Below the pieces are notes generated by a model. That model was not told the origin of the DNA. It worked only from the letters and a program-made list of their open reading frames with translations, and searched no databases. Position numbers and translations under genes: made by a program. A stretch of DNA of 64,000 bases from Lophium mytilinum (lineage: Eukaryota): NCBI GenBank assembly GCA_010093605.1, contig MU004193.1, forward strand, positions 1,309,520-1,373,519. Reading direction: 5' to 3'. Shown here piece after piece: positions 10,856 through 22,189 of this stretch (position 1 is its first letter; every line of letters starts with the position of its first letter).

Positions 10856-12111
10856 TGGTGCGCGGCGGCAGTGTGTATGTTTGACTTTGTGTAAACGCCT
10901 GTGTACTTGGTCTTGTGTAGGTGAAGTCGGAGGTAGACTGGTCTTTCGTTAACTTGGCCTTCTGGGATGGATGTCCGGATTAGACGAATGGTTAGGAATG
11001 GAATGCGTTCATTTTTACTTCAGTGACTGCTCGTCTCTTACTGCAAGTCCCCTGATGCCTGCTCCATGGGTTTGCCTTCGAGAGAATCCCTCGCATCAAA
11101 CGCCCTATTGCTCCCAAAAACCGCCCTGCAAACCTCACATCAGGCAATACGTATCGTAACAGCAAGACGACTACGAGGCGAAATAGTTAACGAATAAGTC
11201 GACGAGCGCGATGGCTCCTCCTCCCATCATAGATTAAAGCCAGCAGAGGAAGCCCCTATCATGTTAGTCGTGAAGCCATGCTACACAGGCGGCTACGCAA
11301 GGGATTTCATGACTGCTACAACTACCAGTGATTCGAAAATGATATACTCTCCTATTCTTAAGAGACTTAAGAGTATCCAAGAGAACACAGGGTCACAGAG
11401 AAATTTACAAACCCGATGAAAAACGAGATAGCACTAATAGTGCTACAAAACTGGCATGACGAATTGACATCCTGCACTTGAAACAGGAAGAGCGCAGACG
11501 TCAGGAAGAAGCACAAAATGGAGATTACTTTAATCCCACACTTCGAGGTAAGGCTGAGGTACGAGATGACGGCGCAGTGGTCATTTTCGAGGCGTCTGCA
11601 TAAGGTACCACTCGGGTGCCACAGCCGCTTTCGTGTCGATTATAATTGAAAGCGCCGTTTTGGGGTCCATGATGGCTGAGGAAGCATTGCTACACGAATG
11701 CAAGGGGATTAGCTTGCTTGTTACGGTCTATGCTAAATCGTGTGGTCTAGGCACAGTCGAAGCATGGAAATCGTGATCTGATGGCAATGGCGGACTGTGG
11801 ATGATTGAAGGATGAGGAAGATAGGTGTGGACGTCGAACTCATAAGCGTGCCAAGAAAGGATCACGTGACTTGACTATATGTAGGTTTACACCCTGAATA
11901 TTCATTCAGTGGTCTGTCAGTCTTCATTACGTCCTGTATACGTTATCGTTATAGATACCGCTTGCTTTGAAACCCCCACGGCAATGATTCCTGTGACATC
12001 TAGGCCATGGTTCTACACCTATCGAAGCACTCCCAAATATCAACTCCAAAGCAATGCCTGTAATCCCAAACCCCGATTTTGCGCTCACAAGTACGACATT
12101 CAAGTCCATAC

Positions 12112-13501
12112 CTACTCTCGATACTCCTTATTGAATGCCCGCCCTATCACCATCCTCCTAACCTCGCTCGTCCCAGCACCGATCTCATACAGCTTCGCAT
12201 CCCGCAGCAACCTCCCTACCGGGACCTCATTCATATACCCCATCCCACCCATGAGCTGAATGGCATCTAGCGTGCATTCTGTCGCGCGCTCAGCAGCGTA
12301 TAGAATGGCGCCTGCGCAGTCCTGGGTTAAAATGGGCTGGCCGTTGTCTACCGCTGCGGCAACGGCGTAGGTGTAGGAGGAGGCCGCTTTGTACTTGGTG
12401 TACATGTCTGCGAGCTTTCCTTGGACGAGCTGATTGTGGGCGATTGGTGTGTTGAACTGTTTGCGAGTGTGGGTATACGGGAGAGTGACGTCGAGAGCGG
12501 CTTGCATGAGACCTAGCGGTCCAGCACTCAGAACGAGTCGCTCGAGGTCCAGTCCCTCCATCAGTACGGTCACACCCTTGTTCAAGGCTCCCAGCACGTT
12601 CTCCTTCGGCACGAATACGTCGTCGAAGACTAGTTCCCCGGTGTTTGAGCCCCGCATTCCTAGCTTATCGAGTTTCTTCGCGCAAGAAAAGCCTTTGGTG
12701 GTAGTCTCAACGATGAATGCCGTTATACCCTTACTCGCTGCATCCGGTACCGTCTTAGCATAGACGATGATATAATGCGCATCCGGACCCTAATCAAATC
12801 AGCAACCCATCCTCTCTAAACCAAACCCCACCCTACTCACATTCGTAATCCACATCTTCGTCCCATTCAGCAAATACCCCCCATCCACCTCCTTCGCCGT
12901 CATCTTCATACTCACCACATCCGACCCCGCCGAATGCTCCGACATGGCCAACGCCCCAATCTTCTCCCCCGCAATCAGCCCCGGCAGATACTTCGCCTTC
13001 TGCGCCTCGGACCCATTCAGCATGAACTGGTTCACGCACAGCTGCGAGTGCGCGGCGTACGACAGCGCAATGCTGCCCGACGCCCGGCTTATCTCCTCCA
13101 TGATCACGCAGTGGGCTTGGTAGCCCATCCCCAGGCCGCCGTAGGCCTCGTCGGCCGTCACGCCGAGGAAGCCGGCTTCGCCTAGTTTTGGCCATATCTC
13201 GTTGGGGAAGGCGTTGGAGGAGTCGGTTTTTTGGGCGAGGTCTTCGGGGATTTCGCGTCCTGAGGGTGCGTTTAGCTTGGGCCACAGATGTTATATTTAA
13301 AGTGGAAATCGGGGGCTTACTCGTAAACTCCTGCACGCTCTCCCGGAGCTCATCCAGCTCCTCCTTCGCCGGCGCGACGAAGCCCTTCGGATGCTTGGAG
13401 CTCGCTGCTCGCCGCGTGTTGAGGGGTGTGAAGGCGGGTCTCTGGCGACTTAGCTGGCGGACGCTGCGCGCGAAGAGTCGGGGTGGTATTATGGCGGCCA
13501 T
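12112..13501 (-). CDS. ivdA: Isovaleryl-CoA dehydrogenase, mitochondrial (3 exons)
   Basis: Presequence-like N-terminus. Motifs [50 protein letters not shown] and [18 protein letters not shown]. Confidence 0.95.
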
Positions 13502-13937
13502 TGTGGTTGTGAGGGCTGATGCGGCGAGTTTGTGATGGCGTTGCGTCTTAAAGATGCGGAGGTGAAAGTGTGGGGTCGGCCAGTGTCGGCGTTAGGTTTT
13601 CGCAACTCGGAGCGAGGCTGAGATGTGTGAATTACCTGCCGGATACCGGATGGTGCATTTTGGATGTTTCTGTGTTAGGCGTGTGGTGCCGTGGCATCCG
13701 AGCTGTTTTTGCTGTGATGGAGTTCGTTTAGGCTTCAGAGGAGTTAGGTGTATCCATGGATTTAGCTGAATACGACCTGGGAATCGAGAATTGCATGTAT
13801 CAACGCTACCATGAAAATGATAGTCCTGACACTTTGAATTGATATTCTAGACTATCATCCCGTTTATATACCCACTTCTTAGAAGTTCCCGCACGCTGTC
13901 CCATTCACTATAGCCTCCTACCAAACATCTTCACCCT

Positions 13938-14531
13938 TCACGCCCCCTTCACAATCTCCTCCACACTCTTCATCTTCCCCCCATTATTCTCCCCCACATC
14001 CAACGCCACCAAAAACCGACTCACGCAGTTATACCCCGCCACTACCGCCGTCAACTCCACCACATCCCGCTCGCCCAGCCACTTCTTCACCTCCCCAAAC
14101 ACCCCCTCCTCCACCACCACCCCTCTCGTCATCTGATCTGTATAAGCCACCACCGCCCACTCTCTCTCCGTCAACCCCCCTTCTCCCCCTGTACCCCCTT
14201 TCCCGACATCCTCCCCTCTCAGCACTGTCGCTAGCCCCTCGGCCTTTATTCCGGCTTTGAAAGCGAGCGGCGCGTGCGAGTTCCACTCGTGCACGGCGGA
14301 GTTTAGCACCGCGACGCGGGAGATGGCGAGTTCGCGGATGGAGGCATCGAATTGGGTCTGTGTGCGCAGCGCGCCGATGAAGGAGTTCCAACCGTCGGCG
14401 ACGGGTGGGGAGTGGAGGAGTGCGAGGTCGAGGGGGATTAGAGGTCGTGGAGCACGCCGGGCGGCGATGCGGCTGTAGACGGGCTCGAGGGAAGGCGAAG
14501 GAGGGGTTTTGGGGGCGTAAGGGAGGCGCAT
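13938..14531 (-). CDS. AhpD-like / carboxymuconolactone decarboxylase family protein
   Basis: Motifs LDLALLHSPPVADGWNSF, RELAISRVAVLN..HEW..H, AYTDQMT and VELTAVVAGYNCVSRFLVAL. Confidence 0.85.
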   Translation of the reverse strand: MRLPYAPKTPPSPSLEPVYSRIAARRAPRPLIPLDLALLHSPPVADGWNSFIGALRTQTQFDASIRELAISRVAVLNSAVHEWNSHAPLAFKAGIKAEGLATVLRGEDVGKGGTGGEGGLTEREWAVVAYTDQMTRGVVVEEGVFGEVKKWLGERDVVELTAVVAGYNCVSRFLVALDVGENNGGKMKSVEEIVKGA

Positions 14532-15019
14532 TGTGGGGTTCGCGGGTGTGTTGTAGGTACTGGGGCGGCGTGTGGTTGAGGTTGTAGTCGGTGGGGTTGA
14601 GAAGGATGAGAGCTCGGAGGGAAGAGCGAGAAGAGGTGGGATCTAGCTGGGTTTAAGTACTTGTAGTTCATACGCGTTAGTTAGGTATCGGCATTTCAAG
14701 ATGACTGTTGCGGCATCGAAGGAGCATTGCGGCGCTCCGATACTCGGATTGCTGAGATCTAGGTAGCTCGTTCTAGAGCTATATATTACAATGAGATGGT
14801 GTTATCGGTGGGCTTAAAAGTGCCCCGTTCTAGAAATTCAAATGTGGTTCATATACAGTATATACATGATTCAATGAAGTATGTAGAGGAGAGGAAATCG
14901 TCTGAAGAAGTCGCTCTCCCGGAATGCATAGCTGACTAAGCCACCCATCTCTCAGACTCAGGAACCAAAACGCAAACTCCATGCAAAATCATCGCTACAT
15001 TCATCATGCTTTATCAAAT

Positions 15020-16028
15020 CTACAACCGAGCAACGCCTTCCATGGGCGCAGTCTTTTCTCCCCGCGGTGCTAATCTTATGTTATATTCAAGATCAAGCTT
15101 GGCGTTGGGGTCCTTGGAAGGATAGAAGTCGATGAGCAAGTCGTCCTTGACGGCAAACACAGTGTCGTTGGAGACATATGGGTCATCGCGGGGATATAGC
15201 TGGGTGGTCACGGGCTTGTATCCTTCGGCAGTCATCTGGAAATGGTATTAGCAGCCAAATTCAAGATATATCTCGATTTGGAGCCACTTACCATCAAGTG
15301 AATATGAGCCGGCCTCATCGGATGACGATCCAATGCTCGGAAAATAGCACCAGCAGCACCATCAGTAGGGAGGGAGTACGCAGTCGGCTTCAGGCAGTAA
15401 AACCAGTATTCGCCCTTCTCGTTGCACCTGAATTTTCCCCTCAGGTTATTGGGCGCCTGGTTGTCTGGGTCTTGGAAATCGTATTTGCCATTGGCAGATG
15501 CTTGCCAGATGTCGATAACAGCTCCGGGAATAGGCTTCTTGGTGTCAAGGTCGGTAATCACGCCATGCATAAGCGTCTTCTGCCCATTCGGGGGAGCGTT
15601 TATGATGATAGAGCCGCCGTTCTCGCGGAATGGAGCATTGGGGCTCCAGAAGGGGCCCAAGATAGAGGAGGAGGTGGGTTCTTCGCCAGATTCGTTGATG
15701 TGCTTGTGTGCGATCTCGTCCACCAGTCTTTGTCTCTTTATCAGCGAAGTCGCAAGTCTACGCTCACGGATACTCACGATTCAAGACCAACAACGTCGGA
15801 GACGCGATGGGCTTCGTTCCTCGTAGCAGTCGAAGTTTGACCGATTAAATTAACAAAGGCGACACCGGCCATCCACTCGTCAACAGTAAGCTCAACCTCT
15901 CGGGTAAAGTCGTGGAGATGCTTGATCAATGAGGCCATGATCTCCCTGGTGCGAGGGTCGGTCTTGGGCCCCATCGCGTCAATGACGCTCTGGGTGAAGT
16001 GTGGGTTGAATCGCTCAGATCCGGACAT
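15020..16028 (-). CDS. prcA: Intradiol ring-cleavage dioxygenase, fungal protocatechuate 3,4-dioxygenase type (3 exons)
   Basis: Motifs [53 protein letters not shown] and RPAHIHLM (Tyr/His iron ligands). Resembles Aspergillus PrcA as I recall it, and is adjacent to the carboxymuconate cyclase gene. Confidence 0.88.
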
Positions 16029-16619
16029 GTTTGCGGTAGTGAGTATGAGCTGTGTTGACAAAGTGACAAGGGAAATGCTAATGCAGCAATGGTAATATGA
16101 AATGATGTTGAAGTAACAATGCTTTGTTCGAGGACTATTCCACGACCAGCCGTCTATATTATATTCTCTCCCCCATTGCACGATCCCGTCACAGCCGTCC
16201 CTCTTGGCCGGTGTCAGGTCACAAGTGCTACGAATCATAGCTAGAAGCTGGCGGCATATCAACCGGCTATTCGACCGGATCCCTTAGGCTTTCGTGAAAA
16301 CCCCTCGATCCCCCAGAACCCCACATCTGGGGCAGCTACTACCCAATCAGAAGAGCGGCATTGGGGGTAGGAATAATCATCCCTGGATGAATGCTTTGCC
16401 GGTCGTGTTCCCGTCCTTGCACCCCGCACACTACCACTAGACCCCCACTAATGATGCGGGTGCTAATTCGGTATATACTTTTTTTCTACTCGCGTTTTAT
16501 TTACTTTCAATTCCGAGCACAGCTTCCGAGTCGGATTATCCGGGAGTCGAACCATGCTGACATCTTTGGTCGCAAGATCGTGCTGACGTTCTACTTGCAT
16601 TGCTTCACATTTCAGGAGA
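16029..16619. promoter_or_regulatory. Probable bidirectional promoter for the dioxygenase and cyclase genes
   Basis: Divergent start codons ~590 bp apart, with CGG/CCG triplet pairs near 16525-16545 (TTCCGAGTCGGATTATCCGG). Confidence 0.5.
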
Positions 16620-17848
16620 ATGAAGCACCACTTGATGATAGGGACTTGGACCCCGCCTGGCAGCATCTATACCGTGGAGTTTGACGATGAAGCTCTCAGT
16701 ATAACTTTGATCAAAACGACCAATATCCCAGAAGATGAGCCGATATCATGGATGACTTTTGATGTAAGCTGCTATTAAAAACGCGAAGCAACCGCTAACA
16801 TTCCGCAGCATGCTCGAAAGAACATCTATGGAGCTTCAATGAAAAAATGGTCGAGCTATACTGTGAAGAGCCCTACTGAGATTATACACCATGCTTCGCA
16901 TCCCCTAGGAGGCCACCGTACGTCCAACTTCGCCCCTTTCGAAGAGCTGGCTTGACCTCAACTCCTCCAGCGAAAGCGGCCTCTGCCGATACCAAAACGC
17001 GGGCCATATTTGTCCTTGCTTCTAAGAAGCCGCCTTACCATGTATACGGGAACCCATTCTACGACTATGCAGGGTACGGCAATGTCTTTTCCGTGAACAA
17101 AGATGGAGGTCTGGAATCGAATGTCCAAAACTACGAGTACTCCGAGAAGTCAGCGATCCACGGCATGGTCTTTGATCCTTCAGAGTCATATATTTACTCC
17201 GCAGATATGTGGGCCAATAAGATCTGGACGCACAAGAAGGACAGCGAAACAGGTCATCTGACACTCGTTGGTAGCGTTGATGCGCCAGCTTCAGGGGACC
17301 ACCCGCGCTGGGTTGAGATACATCCTAGTGGGAAGTATCTGTACGCGCTGATGGAGGGAGGGAACAATCTCGCGGTATACGTGATTGACGAAAAGACACA
17401 CATGCCCGTGTTCACACACATCACATATCCCCTCATACCGCCAGGTACGCCGCCCCGATTTTAGGGCTAGATTCAAATTGACCGTGGTATAGGCATCCCG
17501 AATCCCAAAATATACCGCTCCGACGTCGTCTTCCTGACACAGAGTAGCAAGTATCTCTTCGCAACTTCCCGCGCCAACTCCTTTTCCCTGACTGGCTACA
17601 TCGCCGCCTTCAAGCTGAACTCAGTTGGCGCAATCGAGCGCCAGATCTGTCTGAACCCTACCCCGACCAGCGGGGGTCACTCAAACGCCGTGAGCCCTTG
17701 TCCGTGGACTGATGAGTGGCTGGCTTTGACGGACGATGAGAAGGGTGGTGTAGAGATCTATCGATGGAATGAGGAATTCCTTGCGAGGGTTGGGAGGCTC
17801 GAAATACCAGAGCCAGGATTCGGTATGAACGCTATCTGGTATGACTGA
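16620..17848 (+). CDS. cmcA: 3-carboxy-cis,cis-muconate cyclase (lactonizing enzyme), 4 exons
   Basis: MKHHLMIGTWTPPG, EPISWMTFD, IHGMVFDP, DHPRWV, PTPTSGGHSNAV and the EPGFGMNAIWYD end match the Neurospora CMLE family. Confidence 0.95.
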
Positions 17849-18430
17849 GGTTGCTCAGGCGAGTTACTGGCTGCCTGTATAGAGTCGTTGAGGGTTGCTC
17901 TGTATGCTTTGAGCTCGATGCTGAGCTGCAATGATACCATATGCACAGTAGTCTTGTTGATAGTAAGCTATCAGAACTAATGAAAAGAGTGCTTGTCTAC
18001 TTACTTGGGTACTCGATTGACCCAGGGCTTTACATCTCCCTTCTAGACCTCGGAAGGCTGATATGTATTTTGACATTATGAATTACCCGCAAATCTAACT
18101 ACGTTCACTCCAATCAGTGCTAGCTATGAGTTACAAACTCTCAACACTAAAGCGATTATAGTATTCATCCAAGTTCCTCCAGCAATGCTTCACCATTCTC
18201 GGTAAATCTACACTCCGGCAAAGTTCCTGATCCGAGCTGGCCTGCAAGCTACCATCCCAATTCATCAACCTAGGTACAGGAATACCCCGGAAACCCAGAA
18301 GCCGAAGCTAGCCGTCCCCGCGTTTTCGCGATCCATCAAGAACAACCTCACCCTCAGCAACCTTCACACTTTTCAAGCTTCAAAGCTCTGTACTTCCCAA
18401 CCTCTCCTACTTCCCAGGCCGTCCGCAACA

Positions 18431-20410
18431 ATGGCCACCGCAATCCCTTCCCGCGAGCTCCTCCACCTCTTCCGCTCCTCCCTACGCAGCTCCCCCGCCC
18501 GCCCTCACCTCCGCCTGCACCCCCGAACCTGCGCACGCGCAATCGCAACGCACACGCACTCGCAGCATGCCGAAGCCATCTCCATCCTCCCGACCGCCGT
18601 CGACACCAGCTCCGCGGACTTCAAGGAGAACAAGCGGCAGATGGACGAGCTGATGGGCAAGATGACGGAGCTGCACACTAAGATCGCGCGGGGCGGGCAC
18701 GAGAAGGCAAGGGCGAAGCATGTAGCCCGCGGGAAGATGTTGCCGAGGGACCGTGTCACGGCGCTTATAGACCCGGGGACGTCGTTTCTGGAGCTCTCGC
18801 AGCTCGCGGCGTATGAGGTGTATCCCGGGGAGGATGTGCCGGCGGGTGGGATCGTGACGGGAATAGGGACGGTGGAGGGGGTGACGTGTATGATCGTGGC
18901 GAATGATAGCACGTAAGATGTTCAGAGGGAATTTTTGGGGAATTGGGAGCTGACCGGGTGTGTAGGGTTAAGGGTGGGACATATTATCCTATCACTGTGA
19001 AGAAGCATTTGAGGGCGCAGGCGATTGCACAAGAGAACAGTAGGTTGATTGATCCTTTCGGGGGGGTGGGCTGCTAACGTGTGTAGGGCTACCTTGCATA
19101 TATCTGGTTGATTCGGGAGGAGCCAATTTGCCTCATCAGGCGGATGTGTTCCCTGATCGTGATCATTTTGGTCGTATTTTCTTCAATCAAGCTCGGAGTA
19201 CGCAATGCCTTCCTCTCTCTATGCTTCAATGCTGATATCATTCAGTGTCTTCCATTGGAATACCCCAAATCTCCGTCGTAATGGGTCCCTGCACAGCCGG
19301 AGGTGCCTATGTCCCCAGCATGTCCGACGAATCCATCATTGTCGCCGAACAAGGTCACATTTTCCTCGCCGGGCCTCCGTTAGTAAAAGCAGCCACCGGC
19401 GAGGTTGTCAGCGCAGAAGATCTCGGTGGCGGCAAACTTCATAGCGAAATCTCAGGTGTAACCGACTACCTAGCTGTCGACGACGCCCACGCCCTCGTTC
19501 TCGCTCGCCGGAGCATCAGTAACCTCAATTGGATCCGAGGCCAGACACCTCCCTCATCCGCAGTCGCCAAAACCTACAAAGAACCCATCCACGACCCCGC
19601 CGAGCTCTCCGGCATCGTCGGCACCAACCTCCGCCGCCAGATCCCCGCCCACGAAGTCATCGCCCGCATCGTCGACGGCAGCGTCTTCGCCGAATTCAAG
19701 CCAAACTACGGCTCAACCCTCGTAACTGGCTTCGCGCAAATCTACGGCCACCGCGTCGGCATAGTCGCCAACAACGGCATCCTCTTCTCCGAAAGCTCGC
19801 TCAAGGGCGCCCATTTCATCCAGCTCTGCGCTAAACGGCAGATCCCGCTCGTGTTCCTGCAGAATATCTCAGGCTTCATGGTCGGCGCGGACGCGGAGAA
19901 GGGCGGCATTGCGAAGAATGGCGCGAAGTTGGTTACGGCGGTCAGTTGTGCGGAAGTGCCGAAATTTACCGTTGTGTTTGGGGCTAGTGCGGGCGCGGGG
20001 AATTATGGCATGTGGTGAGTACCTTGCTGATCTCCTTTATCCCGATCTTGTGTCGACTTCTCTGTTTAACGTCAATTGCACATGGTCTTGATGGAGTCAC
20101 GTGGCTAACGTATTATAGCGGTCGCGCGTACTCTCCTCGCTTCCTTTGGACATGGCCAAATGCTCGAACCTCTGTCATGGGACCCGAGCAACTTTCGTCG
20201 GTCATGGAAGCGGTTGGCAAGTCAGTAGATCCCGATTTAAAAGCAAGAATCGAGCGCGAGAGCGAGGCGACGTTTGGCTCAGCGAGGCTCTGGGACGACG
20301 GTGTCATTCCACCAGAGCACACCCGGAGAGTTCTCGGAATGGGGTTGCAAGCTGCGATGGGCGGGCAGGCGAAGGAGGTGGAGACTACCTTCGGCGTGTT
20401 CAGGATGTAG
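18431..20410 (+). CDS. mccB: 3-methylcrotonyl-CoA carboxylase beta subunit (5 exons)
   Basis: Motifs [61 protein letters not shown] and [10 protein letters not shown], ending FGVFRM. Confidence 0.95.
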
Positions 20411-20639
20411 AGGCCATGCAAGAAAAAGAGCGCGTTTGTATTTCATAACGACACTTGGCGGGGCTTAGATCATGCATATCATCGTGCTTTCGCATTTTAG
20501 AGGAAATTTAATGTTCAAAAATTATGTTAAGGATGAATGGAGAGGTACAGTTATAACACTTATAACCAGTATGAATAGCCGAAGTAGAATCAATCCAACG
20601 TACCTCTCTTCCTTGCCGTCCCAAGTCCTTTCGGTCACT

Positions 20640-21246
20640 TGTACGACCCTCGAGTCTCAACGGTGAATGCTGAAAGTCCTAAAAAATCGAAAAGCAAAAA
20701 ACCACGACTGCCGCGCCTTTCGAACCAGCGGTCCCATAGGACACAGAGGGTTCGATTATACCAGCGGTCCCAGAGGACACAGAGGGTAAGGTTGCACTCA
20801 TCGGGGGGCCATTGGGCCACATTGGTGAGCGAGTCACGTAGTCATGATTCTGAAACCTTGCTAAGTTTAAACTTCATATGTAGGCTCTCCACGCTTATGT
20901 AATTCACAGCACTGCCCTACTAGATTATCGTACCGGACTTTTATGCTTTTCTCATTTCATCCCGCTCTAGTTCGTAGGAGGTGAAGTAAAAATGAAAGAT
21001 GGCGAGGGGATCAGATGTGGTACCATCATCGAGACTGGAAGTGCACCGAATGCGACTGTACCTACGCGTGCGATTCAGAATCTTACCTCAATCGGCATAG
21101 TCACGAAAAGCATCCTGCCAACCCAGCGCAAACGTACGCATGTGCCGAGCGGTATTGTCAGAAGTACGGTCATGTTCGATCGTCGGGCCAACTATAAGCG
21201 GCATTGCCAGGCTTACGCTGAGTTCCATGGTCATGATTTCGGCTGA
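20640..21246 (+). pseudogene. Degraded or frameshifted gene with two C2H2 zinc fingers
   Basis: Finger 1 is WKCTECDCTYACDSESYLNRHSHEKH (C-x4-C-x12-H-x4-H). Finger 2 is split across frames at ~21175 (YACAERYCQKYGHV / FDRRANYKRHCQAYAEFH). An upstream duplicated 27-mer has TAG in one copy and GAG in the other. Confidence 0.55.
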
Positions 21247-21597
21247 GCTTAAGACTTGGTTGAGGGTTGGTTGGATGTAATGCCAGATACGACGCCCCTT
21301 ATCATTGAAACCCTGTTTATTTGCTGCGAGTACAATGCCATTTAACCTACAATACTCGCATAACTGTTCTTAGCTGTACCCCTCTTAGGACCTACTCTGG
21401 TACTTTCGCCGATCCCCTCGCATTTTGCATCCGAAAAGGGCAATTCCCGCAAGACCGAGCACTTGTAAAACCAACACTTTCAGCTACATAGCCTTGCGTT
21501 CAAGTCTTTATATACTTAGCTCCCCTACTCACCCTCTAAGCCCTCACAACTCCACCCACCACCTCTTCCTCTCCATCCCCCCCCAAACCAATCAACT

Positions 21598-21910
21598 ATG
21601 TGCCTCCTTCTTCTTCTAAAATGCTTTAAGAAGAAAAAACCTGGTGCCGCGATGGATCAATACCCACAGATGCAACACGCCGACGTCCAATCAGCGCCCT
21701 CGACCGTCCCACTCCCGCGATCAAGAATCCAACGCCGCAAATATGAGGAAGATCTTCGGAACTATGGCCCAGCAGTTGCGCAAGCGAATTGGGAGACTAG
21801 AAAGAAGAGAGCGGCGGGGGCTGTGAGAGCTTCGGCGGGGGCGGGCGGCGGGTGAGTTGTTGTTTCTGAGGTGGTGGGGTGACGGGGTGCTAATGGGGGA
21901 TAGGTGTTGA
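21598..21910 (+). CDS. Small basic protein (86 aa) with Cys/polybasic N-terminus and GGGC C-terminus
   Basis: Starts MCLLLLLKCFKKKK. Intron 21852-21903 (GTGAGT...GCTAAT...TAG) adds a 7-nt last exon, giving ...GAGGGC-stop. Confidence 0.6.
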
Positions 21911-22189
21911 GTAGAGGTTGGTGGGTTGGGTAATGGGAGGCTAAGGCGGGAGGCTAGAGGGGAGACGATAGGAGAGCTTTGTAGCTGTGGCGCTTAGCAA
22001 GGTGGTGTTGAGGATGGTCTCCCTTGGTCGAGGCGGGAAGAGAAGGGCAGCTGGGATTTTAGTGTGGGCTATAGAGGTGTCGGTCAATACGTTAGTCGAA
22101 TATAAGGGATAAAGTCTGCTATATTTGAAAAGAATGTTTGCGTTTGAGAGTTGGGAAAGAATATATGCCCCTTTGAGATAACCGAGGTT

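Noticed and set aside
11210..11603. Coding-looking fragments downstream of ivdA (RIDILHLKQEERRRQEEAQ...), considered as an MCC alpha relic
   Set aside because: Stops in all frames and no biotin-carboxylase motifs; at best an unidentifiable relic.
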